DNA of 62,507 nucleotides, counting the filler, from Basidioascus undulatus (lineage: Eukaryota): the NCBI GenBank assembly GCA_000826855.1. It is 3 parts of 3 records of this genome, joined end to end, with 100 filler letters (N's around TTAATTAATTAA, not from the genome) between each part and the next. Parts side by side here need not be neighbours in the genome. Positions count along the whole stretch, not along the records: positions 20,883 to 41,657 come from JTLS01000359.1; 2 more parts are not named here. One strand, written 5' to 3'. A program made the position numbers and the translations under genes. Numbering within the stretch: position 1 is the first letter of the stretch; each line of letters starts with the position of its first letter. The notes beneath the pieces were generated by a model. It searched no databases. It saw only the letters and a program-made list of their open reading frames with translations, and was not told where the DNA came from. Positions 26,445-38,800 of the stretch are shown in pieces.

Positions 26445-29400
26445 ATGTCGCAGCATCACCATAGACCAACGCTCAAACAGGTACGTAGGCGGTCTGACTC
26501 CCTCTCAGGAGGTCGCTCGCGGCTGAGCCTGCTGTTCGCCTACAGAGCAACAAAAAGTACAAGCCGTCCGGTGGCCATTCGTCCAAGGGCTCCCTACGCG
26601 ACGCCGCCAAGGGCCGCATCGCGCGCACGGCACCCAAGTCCGGATCGCGCGGGCAGAAGACGGCTGCACAGACCAAGGCCGAGCGCCGCAACACGGCAAA
26701 GCAGGTCCAGAAGCAGAAGCGTGCCGAGCTCGTCCAGGGCGCGAGGGTGTTCGAGGGCCGGAACGGCGCACCGAGGATCGTCCTCGTCCTCCTGTTGACT
26801 GAGGACGTCAGCGGGGCGGCACTGGCGAAGGGCCTGGCGGAGGCGGCGGGCGAGGAGTGGGACCAGATGGATCAGCAGGGCGTACGGAGCCTCAGGTGCG
26901 TCTTCTAAATGTCCTGGTAGACCTTTCCCCACTTCATAGCTCACGAAGTTGGATTGCAGGGTCTCCCGGTTCTCCCAGTCTCTTCAGCTGCTCCTGCCTC
27001 CTTTCCCCTCATCCGCACCCTCCCCCTCCGCCGCGTTCCACGCCATCCTCGACGCCGCCAAGATCGCCGACTATATTATCCCTATCCTCTCCGCGACGAC
27101 CGAAGTCAGCGCCTGGGGCGAGACCATCCTCCGTTGCGTGCAGGCGCAAGGATGTGGCGAGGTTGTGAGCGTCGTCGAGGTGCGTTCCATCTCGTCCATG
27201 TCCCATCACCTCCAAACTCCGCGCAGCTTTCTCATGAGCGTCTTCCCTGCACGAGCAGGGCCTGAACAACGTCGACTCCAAATCGCGCACGGCCACGCGC
27301 GCCTCCCTCCTCTCCTTCATCCGCTACTTCTTCCCCTCGCAATCCAAGCTCGCGTGTCTCTCGCAGCCCTCGGAGATGGCGAACGCCCTGCGGTCCATCT
27401 GCACGGGCTTCCCGAAGGCCCCGAGCTGGCGCGAGGGCCGGACGTACCTCGTCGGCGAGGATCTGGAGTGGGACAAGGTCGAGGGGCTCGAGGGCGGCCT
27501 GGTCCTTGGCGGGGAGGACGGCGAGAAGGGCACGCTCAAGGTCACCGGCGTTGTCCGCGGCGAGGCGCTCAACCCCAACCGCCTCGTGCATCTCCAGAAC
27601 TTCGGTGATTTCCAGCTGTCGCAGGTGTGTTAATTATCGCATTCGAACGGGCTCTGGACATCCCATGATACTAACGCCCCCGTGATCAGATCACCCCCGC
27701 ACCCCTCTCCACGTCTTCCCGCGCCCCGCAAAACTCCATGTCCGTCGACGCTTCGTCCGCGTCCACCGTGCTCGCGGCCCCTGCCGCTGAGGACCAGGAC
27801 GACCTCGTTTCGGAGAACGACCCGGACCTGCTCGCGAACGAGCAAACGTGGCCGACCGAGGAGGAGATGGCGGAGGCGCCGGCCGCGCAGGCGAACGGCA
27901 AGGGCAAGGGCGTCGTCCGCCGCGTGCCCAAGGGCACGAGCTCGTACCAGGCTGCGTGGATTGTGGACGATGCGGATGAGGATGAGGAGAGCGAAGGGGA
28001 TGAGGACGAGGAGGACGAGGAGGGGATGGAGGAGGACGGGGAGGAGGATGGCGAAGAGGGCGAGGGGGAGTTTGAGGAGACGGAGGAGGTGGAGGTCGAG
28101 AGCCGGGCGGGGGAGGCCTTTGAGGATCTGGACCCGGAGGAGGAGGAGAAGCAGTGCGTAACCTTCCTCCGGAGACGTTTCGGGCGCGTGCTCATTCCAG
28201 CTCTCTATTGCAGATTGCAGGCGTACCTCGCTGAAGCGAAGGAGGACGAGGCATTCCCGTGCGTACACGTTCACGCTCCTGTTTTCTTCACCTTTTCGAA
28301 GCTGAAGATTCTTTTCGCGTACTACAGCGACGAAGTCGACACGCCGCAGCACATCCCCGCGCGCGAGCGCTTCGCGCGCTACCGCGGTCTCAAGTCTTTC
28401 CGGACGTCCCCGTGGGACCCTTACGAGAACCTGCCGCTGGACATGGGCCGCATCTTCGAGTTTGAGGACTATGCGGGCATGAGCCGCCGTGTGCTGCGCC
28501 GTGCATGTGAAGGCGGTGAGGAAGGGGATGTCCAGGTGAGTTTGGTTTGCATTTCGGACAAATAGCCGCGCGGTTGGGCGAGAGCTGACTAGTGTCCGTG
28601 GGACATGGCTAAAAAGGCTGGAACGAGGGTCACCCTGCACATCAAGGGCGTCCCGAAGGCCGTGCTCGACTCCCGCGACCGGAATCTGCCGTTCCTCGTC
28701 TTTGGCCTGGTACGTTATCTTCGCGTTCTTTCAAATCCTAAGGGGTATCTGAAATCTGGCGTGCGCAGCTACAACACGAGAAGAAGAAGTCGGTTCTGAA
28801 CATGGTGATTCAGCGCAACACCGAGTACGACGGAGTTGTCAAGTCGAAGGTCTGTCTATCCCCAATTCTGCGTTCACGTATCGCTTAGCTGACAACCGCC
28901 CCGCTCGTGTTACGCAGGACCCTCTCACTCTCCTCTTCGGCCCGCGTCGGCTGGACGTCCGTCCGCTCTACTCGCAGCATCTGCAGGGTGGCAAGACGGT
29001 CAACAACGTGCACAAGTTTGAGCGCTTCCTCCGCCACGGCGACGCGCACGTCGCGACCATCTTCGGTCCCGTCGGCTGGGGCAGGCTGCCTGTTTTGCTG
29101 CTGCGCGATATGGGCGAGAGCGAACGTGAGTCATTGCTCGGCAGACTCCCGCACGCGGCTGAGCGCAAGTTGGCTGACCTTTTGTGTCTTCCTCGTGACG
29201 CTCAACAGCTCCCTCTCTCGTCGCTACTGGCTCCCTCATGAACGCCGACCCGACACGCATCATCGCGAAGCGCATCATCCTCTCCGGCGCGCCGATCAAG
29301 GTCCACCGCAAGACGTCCACCATCCGGTACATGTTCTTCAACCCGGGTGAGTTGCCATTTTCCCCAATCATCAGCGTTGATCCGGTTTAGTTGACATATT

Positions 29401-29709
29401 GCCTCCTGCAGAGGATGTCATGTACTACAAGCCGCTCGAGCTACGCACGAAGATGGGTCGGGTTGGGCACAGTGCGTCGAAATCTTTCCTGATTTACAAG
29501 TTTCCGTATTCTAAACATCCCCATGCCGTGCAGTCGTCGAGTCGCTCGGCCAGCACGGCTACTTCAAGGCGCACTTCGACGGGCCGATCACCCAGATGGA
29601 CACGATCCTGCTCAACCTCTACAAGCGCTGCTTCCCCAAGTTTGCGAGCCTCCATCGCATTAGCGCTGCGCCGGCGTCGCGACAGGATGGCGCGGAGATG
29701 GAGGAGTAG
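26445..29709 (+). CDS. TSR1: Pre-rRNA processing protein Tsr1 (BMS1/TSR1 family)
   Basis: HHHRPTLKQ|SNKKYK, LDAAKIADYII, WREGRTYLV, VRGEALNPNRLVHLQNFGDFQL, ANEQTWPTEEE, VPKGTSSYQAAW, DEVDTP..PARERFARYRGLKSFRTSPWDPYENLP, RIIAKRIILSG, IRYMFFN, SLGQHGYFK, LYKRCFPK. Confidence 0.96.
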
Positions 29710-31105
29710 ACTTTGTTTTCTGTACTGCTTGGCTTGCGGTTTATCGCGTATACCCTTCATTCCTTGCTGTTCTGGATGCTGGTGTTTGGTGCTGTGCTAC
29801 CTCTTTTTTATTTCTTTGTCGTCTCCCTGCGTGCGACCGGCACCTGCGACAGTCTCTAACGGAAGCCCGTTTCGTCCGCCTTGCAGACGCTGAGGAACCT
29901 GTGATCTTGAACGCCATGGCGGCGTCCAGTCAGCACTCACTCCGCGACATCTGAGCGGACCCAAGTTAGCGCTTTGGAGAGAAAATGCACGCGATGCACG
30001 AAGGGTCAACGAGCTCGAAACTTGCAGGCTGCGCAGCATTTGGGCTATGCTCATTGCTGCCGGGACTCGATGCGGGGACGGAGGGTAGATAATTGCATAC
30101 GTTAATTCTTATCGTGAGAAGCCGGTCATTGTAAGTTCGATGTTCAAAGCATTCGAAGCGGACCGAGTCGTGGACCTCGTTGAGGCTGAGTGGTGGGGCA
30201 GATCGGCCCTCCGGTAGGTACTTCGCTGATCGGAAGAGACAAACTGTACTGAATGACATTATTACATTGATCGGAGTGTGGAACTTTGAATTGGTATCCC
30301 AGGTCTAGTCGATACGGTAACGGGCGCTGTTGCAAAACCAAGCCGTTGGGCTAAAGAAGTCGAGCTCACAGCTGGCTTCTGGTTTGTCAGTTTACAAGCG
30401 TGCGGCTTGCTGGCTGCCTTCCTCTTCGCCCTCGACGCCTTCTCGAATGTTGTTACCACAATCACTACCGTTGCTTATTAGCAGGATGCATTTCCGAACC
30501 CTTTCACGTACCTGGTCAAGACCGCACATTCGAGGTCGTTGTGGCCCGGTGATGCGTCCCCATGACTTCAGCCACGCAGCGGTCGGCAGTCCAGCACATA
30601 TAAAGCGCTTCCCCTCATGCCGATCTTCTTTCGTTCCCCAACAACTAAAGGTCTTCACGCTCCATAATCTCTTTACTGTGATTGTGCCTCTCAAAGACAA
30701 ATGTATTATACCAAGGACTTTCTTCTAAAGTTTTATTTTCTAATGTCGACTCTTCTTCACGTTGAAAGCGAGACAACGAAAGCTACAAGACTCATTTCAG
30801 AATTGAGAAAAAGTTGCGTTAATCATCCGAACCTTGCTAGATCGTGCACGGTCTCCGAAGAAGAGCTGGACAAGACCCTCCGACATTGAAACCGTGCAGC
30901 ACAGTAATCACACTGACAGATAAATGACATTATCCGCATGTCTAAACAGACTTTTGTGGTGGCACGAACCAGGCGAGACTGTCAGGAACCGAGGAGAAGC
31001 AGAACGCGTGTCCGACGCGTCCGACATTTCGTTCCGATCCCCGTTCATCGCTCTTGCCTTCCTCTCCCATCATCGTCGCTCTTCATCACTGCTCAAAGAT
31101 CAAGC

Positions 31106-32720
31106 ATGTCCAAGAGGAAGGAAAAATCAAGTGGTCCTCGCACGTCGACGCAGCTTCGACTGCACGGACCTCCAAGAAGCGAAAGGGTGCGGAGGGACGC
31201 CAGGTGGACAGCAGCCTGTTCGTGCATCTCCAACCCTCTTCAATGTTGAGGCTCCCCGTAACTGAGTTGGGCCCTCCTCCTTACAGTGTGTACCAGCTCG
31301 GTTATGTTGTCACCGAGACATAATCTACTCTACGAAGGTCTCACGGCACTCTTGCTGCAGCGCCGCGGGCGTCGACGTCGACACGCTGCAGGGCTCGTCC
31401 AGTCAACCTGCTCGGAAGCAGCCGCGAGTCGGTCCGGAGGGTCCGAAGAACGACTGAGTACTACTTTAACAGTCGCGGAGGCTCTGAAGCGCCTGTTGAG
31501 GGGGAGATGGGCTGTGAATCGCTGAGATGGGCGCGCGCTGCTGGCTATGAGAGCGCATGCTCTGCGTCAACCAGATGGAGGCCTGGAAGCGGCGTGGCAT
31601 AAACATTTAACTAATAGGAATTCTGTTTGACTCCCAGCTCGCCGCCGGGAAGCCCTTCGAGGTCCGTTCAGTAGAAGGAGCCGCCGTGCGGTGATGGATC
31701 ATCTACTCACCGAGAACTGGGGGTCACAGTCACTCGTTCGTCAAGTTTCGAGGGCGGGCCCAAGACTTTAATGCGCAACGCAACAAGCGTAATAAAGCGG
31801 AGAAAGCCGACACCGCCGCCGCTTCGAGCCCGAAGATCCCCGTCGACCGCGTTGAGGAAGCGCTTGAACGGCTCAAGGATGAGTTCATCAACTAATATGA
31901 ATTCTAAATTCCTCTCCTAGGTTCCGACACTAACACATGTGTCCACAAGTCCCTTCGACGCTCAGTATGACCACGAGGTGATGAAGACAAGCTGGCCTAC
32001 AATGACATGCGCTGCGAGGGATGGGAGAGTCTCGAGATCAAGGATTTGCTGACATTAAGTGTGTGTCGCAGAGGACCATGTACAAGAAGGGCGACCAGGT
32101 GTCCAAGTCCCAGACTGTGAAGGCGAAGAAGGAGAACATCAAGAAGGAGAGCCGCAAGAACAAGAAGGTCAAGGCGGTCGTGGGGCGCCTCGAGGACAGC
32201 GATGAGGAGGAAGACTCGGCGACCTCGTGCTCGGCGGACGAGGCCAGCGCGGTGGAGTCGTACTCGGAAAGCTCGGCGGACGAGGAGGAGTCGCACGAGG
32301 AGAGGTGCGTCGGTCTCGTTCTTCTCCCCTGCACCGCTCACATGCGGTATCGCTTTGGATAGGGCGACATCAGGGCTGCGCTGGGCGACGAGGAGTACGT
32401 CCCGCAGCCGACGCTCAAGCACAAGGTGAGCTTTCTTTCATACACATCTCCTCACCAGCCCTCAGAATCCCCACCGCCGTTTCCTTTGTTATTGGGGCGG
32501 GGTCGTGGCTGAGGGAAGTCTTGCGGTCCTTTCTTCACAGCGCTCCGTCTCCGATGCGAGCCAGAACACGCCCTCGAAGAAGATTCGGGGGTGACGGTGC
32601 GTCTTGGAATCTCCGGGTTGCCCCAGCCACTCTCTAGCCTTGACTTACAGAAGAAGAGTAGGCTCGACGTACGGCAGTCGACGGTCGTCCCCATTGTCGC
32701 CGCATACCTCAAGGCAGCTC
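31106..32720 (+). pseudogene. Fragmented hypothetical gene with Lys-rich and acidic low-complexity exons
   Basis: Coding-like GC-rich exons (KKGDQVSKSQTVKAKKENIKK...DSDEEEDS...) and splice signals, but upstream frames are broken by stops (e.g. ERLKDEFIN*YEF*). No family recognised. Confidence 0.3.
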
Positions 32721-34247
32721 CTGTCCTGCTCGCGCCCGAGACACACTATATTCCCCATCTTTTAGCTTCTTCACACCCATATACCCTTAAAAACACCCAT
32801 TTTTTGTACAAAAAAAAGCGCCATCATCTACGTATACTATATCCGTCCGTTGTCTCTGATGTCGGCAATGAAGCGTTTGTTATCGTCACAGTCCGATCTG
32901 TCGTGCAGGCTGCAAGAACGTCGTTGACCTGACATTAAAGCCTGATCCAGTAAATGTCCTCAAACATCAGAGACAGCAGAGCCATATATTCTAGAAGTCT
33001 TCACCAGACGTGTTCTTTATAGTTTACGTTCCCGAGGCAAAGCGGAGCGAGGCTGCTGACCGTGTGCAGACTACACGAACAACCCCAATCTGTGCGCACA
33101 CGGCCTACCACTTGGACTTGCGCAGATAGAACTAACTAAATTTCATGCACTTCAGCGATCTGACCGTAAGTCTTTCCAAAGTCCATAACTATCAGGTACC
33201 ACGGGCCGCTGATCAGTCCCGGACTATCCATCCCCTTCCCACCGCCCACCACTTCCGTCCCTCCCCGACCCATCTCTCTCCGCGCCCGCCCCCTCCTCTA
33301 CCTAATCACCTTCACCCTCACGCACCTCACGCTCAACTGGGCGCTCCTCCCGCCAACGTACTACTTCTTCCGGCTCACCAACTCCTCCACCTCCTTTCTC
33401 GCCGGGCCGTGGGCGGCGTGGGTGCTCTCGCGACCTGTTCCCTTGGCCGGCGGAGGGGAGGGAGAGCAGCGGAGAGTGGAGGATCTGGTGGAGGATGGGT
33501 TGAGGCGGTCGGTAAGGGTCACGTGGAGGCTTTGGGGCGCGTGGAGAGGCGCGGGAGCGAGGGAGAGAGAGGCGGAGGAGGTGGCGGAGGAGGCGGTGCG
33601 GGGCTTCGAGCGGGGGGAGGTCAGGGGGTGGAGGGGACGGTTGGTGGATGGCGCGGAGAGCGTTAGGATGAGGGATGTGATGGACGCGGCGGCGGCGTAT
33701 TTGGTGGTTAAGGTGAGCTTTGTTTTGTCATGAGTGTAAGGAGTTGGAAGAGGGGTGAAACTGATGGGTGTGAACTGTGGGTGGGTGGTACAGGCTCTCT
33801 TCCCGGCGAGATTGGCCGTGTCGCTGTTCCTCACTCCCAGGCTCGCGCGGGCATTCACGCGGAGGTAGTATTATCATGGATCCCCGTGGAATGCACAGTC
33901 TGCCGCGGCTCATTCACCTGCCAGCGTCGTCGACAATGGACAGTACACGTCTTCGTTAGCTGCACCTCGACTGTGCTTATCCTCACCGAGTCCAAGGATT
34001 TAAACGTTTTATAATACATTCACGTGAAACTCGAGAGCTCGCAGTTGATCCCATTAGCCGGGGGGGGTCCTCGTTACACCAATGGGCGTATCGAACTGGA
34101 GGGGTGTGTGCAGGTGAGAGGACCATTTATGAAGCAGTGAGCCTTTCCGGCCGCGTTCATCAATTCCTCAGACAACCCATAGATCAGGACGACAAAGACA
34201 CACCACCCTGCAACCACAGCGTACCCTACACAGCAAGCGCAGCTACC

Positions 34248-34907
34248 TTACACAACCAAGCAACCCCATACTAGCCAAGGAAAGGGCCTACCACACCGGA
34301 ACAGGAGGGCGGCCACCAGCTTCGAACCCGTTGAAGGGCACGGTCCATGTCGACCTCGTCCATCCAGTTGCTGCGAAACAGGGCGATGAACCGTTTGAGC
34401 GAGGTATGGCGGTCGAGAAATTTGGCAAGGTCCGAGAGAGCAAAAGGATGGAAAGAGTCGGCGAAAACGGGGTACAGCAAGGGAGTCTTCACCCCCGTCG
34501 AGGCAAAACACTACCGTCTCGAGCCCGGGCAAACACACGTCCTTGCTCCATTTGAGAGTGCCGACTCCCCCGGTGTCACGAAAACGAAGAGATCCAGAGA
34601 CGGCAAGGCGGTGGAGGTGGGGAAGCTTCCCGACCAGGAGGTACTCTTCCCGCTTCCCAGCGCATACGAGTTCTTGGAGACAATCTAGATCCTCAATCGC
34701 GTCAACCATCATTCCAGTGAGGTCAACGAAGCCTATCCGAACATGGTGGTCCAGGTCCAGACGCCTGAGGGTAGCTTGGGTGAGGGAAAGGATACGGAAG
34801 ACTTGCTTGATGTGCTCAAGACTTAGGTCGCGGCCGTGGTTGGTGAAAGCGTACAGGATACCATGGATGGAGCTGTCGACTGCATGTGCTCCGCGCTTCG
34901 TCAGCAC
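34248..34907 (-). pseudogene. LRR-like hypothetical gene fragment with apparent frameshift
   Basis: LRRLDLD...LDCLQELVC...LPHLHRLAVSG...LPGLETVVF spacing. Protein-like sequence continues in a second frame (34271-34492). Confidence 0.3.
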
Positions 34908-35812
34908 GTATAACCCCGCCGTCCGGGCTCAGTATCTCAGAGAACGCTGGTCGTTATCTGTCGGTTCATAAAAAAACAAAGGAATTATACACCGATAGCG
35001 CAAGCGGTGCCTATGTACTGGTGCAGAATATTATTCGCGTAGCCGTCATTAGCATGTGCTTTGGCGGGGCATAAAGCCCCCAGGCGGTGGAGGGCTCAAT
35101 AATATCTCACGAGTTCACTGGTCCTTATGTTCTGGGCCTATCAAGGAACGGAAATCACACGGACAGGCAGGCACACGTGGTGTCTATGTAACCACTTCGG
35201 TCGCGGTGCCTGTTGCCTGTTGCACTGTTTCCGGTGCCAGCCTTGCACACTATTGGGGCTGGATGTATGCACAGCAAGACTCAAACTCTTTTCCCTTGTG
35301 TGGATACCAAAGCATGTCACCTGACAAGAGAATGAGATGATCTCTTGAAGCGATGCTCTTGAAAACATCGAACGCCATACGGGCGCCGCACGCTAGAAGG
35401 TGCAGGGCTGGAAGGTGCACGCAGGCCGCATGCGAACCGTTTGCCTTCACAGGCTTGACAAGACGACTCCCCTTCTGAAATTAGTGCTATTTAAGACGAA
35501 CCGTCCAAAAGCATGTGCTGCAGTTCTTTCGGATGCCGCAGAGTGGACGGACCGTCTCGACGGAGTGCAGGCAGCGCATGAAGCACGGCTATCGCGAGGA
35601 CCGCCCTCGCGTGGAACATCTACACCTCACACGGTCTCGCGTGCGACTGTTTGAGTTCACGGAAGTAAGAAGATAAGCAGCGCTAGGTGGTTGTTCCAGC
35701 GGCCCGGTTGTGAAATATACAGCCTGCATTTCCCATTTCTGTGCGATTGCCCCCCCACCTTGCAGCTTCTTTTCATACCCAGCCCCTGCACATCCTTTTT
35801 TTCGTACACAGC

Positions 35813-38800
35813 ATGGGAAAGGAGAACCTTCCCATACAGGTGCTACCTGTCGACGACGCTCCCCAGGCAGTCTTCGCCGATGCGAGCTCGGTCGAGGACG
35901 AGAAGAAACAGACTGACGTTGCGGAGAAGAAGGGCGACACTGCGTCGGTGCACACTCACCGCACACATACCGACATCAGGGCCTTTCAGGAGGACCTCAA
36001 CTTCGATGAGTCGGGAAAGGAGAAGGTTATCGGTGAGTCAATGTGGACGTCTTTACGGCGGTGGACGCAGGAATGTACTTGTTTGTGCAACGCTGAACTG
36101 GGAAAAATCGTGGGGCAGAAACTGCCGAGGACATCGCCACTCGCCTTGTTTCGCTTGAGGGTAAGGCCGTTGAACAAAAACTTGGGTTCACGCAGCATTG
36201 ACACTTGGAAACAGACGACCCAACGCTTCCCGTATTCACCCTGCGCACCGTCTTTCTCTCGTTGGGCCTGGTATGTCCTCTTTCAAAATCGCTGCAGCGC
36301 ATGGTCCTGATGCAACCCACATTGGTAGTCATGCTTCGGCGCTGTGCTCGGCCAAGTATTGTAAGGACTATTCCGATTCAGTTGGGAACGGATACGTGCG
36401 TGCAGAAGAAACTGATGCACTTCGCAACTTTCGGCTACTTCCGTCCCCAAGGCGGTATGTCAATGAGGAGTCCGCAGTATCGGACTGGGTAGTTACTGAC
36501 GACAGTTGAGGCTTTCAGTGTCGGTCAGCAATCTCTTCCTCTTGGTCATCTCGTTCGTCTTCGGCCGCCTCATTCTTCCCCAAGCCCGGCTCGCGCCTGC
36601 ACACCGGTGGACGGTGGTCCAACTTCCGGAACCCTGGCCCATTCAACATCAAGGTCAGCTTGCATGGACGTGTAATTTATCTACGTCTAAGCTAGTAACT
36701 CACCCCAAGAGCTCTGTAGGAGCACGTCGCGATCCTGATGTGCTCCTCAACGGCGAGCGGGTCGGCGCTGGCTATCTCCATTCTGACGGTTGACGACCTC
36801 TGTACGCAAATTCGACCGTCCAGACCAGTTTTTAGACGTCACGCTCACAGTATCCGCAGATTACGGCATCCAACCCAATCCGGGTGTGGCGATCTTCTTG
36901 CTCATCGCGTCGCAAATGATCGGCTACGGCCTGGCTGGTGAGCGCTGAGAGCCTACCCTACCCCGCCTACAACACGGCTGAGCAAAACCCTTGCGAATTA
37001 GGCCTCATGCGGTCCTTCCTTGTCTACCCTACGTGTCAGTCCTCATTCCTGATGTGCTAAGCTCAACATGAACTTACTTGCGCTTGGTCTCCTCAGATAT
37101 CATCTGGCCGTCGCTGCTTCCCAGTGTCAACCTGTTTAACGTGCTTCACCGCAACAAGGTAAGTGAGGGGACGGGGGCGGACTCAATGGTTCCATCAAAC
37201 GCACAGGCTGTTGCAGGGCAAGCGAGTCAAGTTCTTCTGGGCAATCTTTGGAGCCAGTAAGCTTTGCGCATCGTATTAAGGCGACAATTGTGAGAAAACA
37301 AGTCTAACAAGTGCCCATCATAGGCTTCATTTGGGAATGGTTCCCCGAGGTGAGCATCCATCCTGATTTGCTCGCAGTCACTATTTTACCCTGATGGCAA
37401 CTGAAACTGTCGATGCATTAGTACATTGCGTGCGTGTTGTATTTCTGTGTATGAAATTATTGCAGATGCTTCTGACCTTTCGTCCTCCTCAGACCGACCC
37501 TTGTTGGTGAGATCACAGCCACAAACATGTCCCAAGCGCGCTGGGTTGACTATTCTGTGTCTAGGTGTATCAATCTTCTGTCTTGGTAACTATATCAACT
37601 TCCTCGCGGGCGTCGGTCTCCTATTTTCGTGGTCTGATATTCGGGTTTTCGGCCAACCAAGATAGTGCCTGTTCACGCGCATCTTGTAAGCTTCTTTCCT
37701 TTACGGTAGCAGGCCTTGGCTGACCGTCTTTCGGTGCAGCGGTACCCGCCAGTAGCTTAATACCACATCCTCCTGGACTCACATTTGACATACACAGGTG
37801 GCTCGAACGGAGGAAATGAGGGTCTTGGGGTTTTCAGCTTGTGTGAGTTGCTCTTTCCATCGTTTTGCAAATGTACCAGACTGACAAGCCACGTCGTTCA
37901 GGCTTCGATTGGCAGTACATTGGGTCCATCTCCCTGTATAATCCCCTGACTGTACGTGCAGCCTTAATTTTGGTCTGCCTTCCTCCTGCCTGGAAGCGGC
38001 CTAAAGATGCAGGAGGAGGTGGGCGCGTGCAAGGGTATTCTGACCCCTGTTGAGTTGGCTTGCAAACTTCGCTCTCTCAGTATTTCGGAATCGGGATCTG
38101 CATTAGTCCGTCAATAATCCAAAACTCGTCTTCCTCTTACTGACGTGCTTTCTCCAGTTGTGTCCTGCGCCGTGTACGCAGAAACGTATGGAACGCACAG
38201 ACATTCCCGTTCTTGTTCCAGGACATGTTCTGTGAGCTGCATCGCCCGAACTCAAATGCTCCTCTGAAAACGTGCTCAACCCTTTACCCCAGTCCCGAAC
38301 GGTTCTCAATACGACCAAACGCTCATCCTCAATCCGGGCGACTTCTCGCTCAACCGCACACTGCTGGAACTGCAAGGTTTGCCTCAGTGAGCATCTCTAA
38401 CTAACGATCTTCGCTTAGTTGATTCTGACAAAACCACAGGCTTTCTGCAACGAACATCAGTGAGTGTGAAGGCTTAGTTGAATGTGTTGAAGCTCACCTC
38501 GAAGTTGCACGCAGTGTTGAATATCGGAAGTAAGTGGCCCCGCATCTGCCTGGCGACCTTCACACAGCGGCTGACAGGGCTTCTCCTCCAATAGTTAACG
38601 CCAGTCTTGGTGGGGCTCAATGGTGTAAAGGGTGGTAAGAAAGGAGTCTACTGACCAACTGCTAAAACTGGCAGGAGCAACCTTCACGTAAGCAGTATGT
38701 CAGTCTGTTTAAGAACGCGACTCGTTCACACCGTACTCCGTCCCAACTGCAGCCACGTCGGAATCTGGTGCGCTGCGCATGCACACATTGGCAATTTGAT

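Noticed and set aside
33145..33858. Overlapping ORFs on both strands in a purine/pyrimidine-skewed segment
   Set aside because: Low complexity and no coherent spliced model or family motif that I could support.
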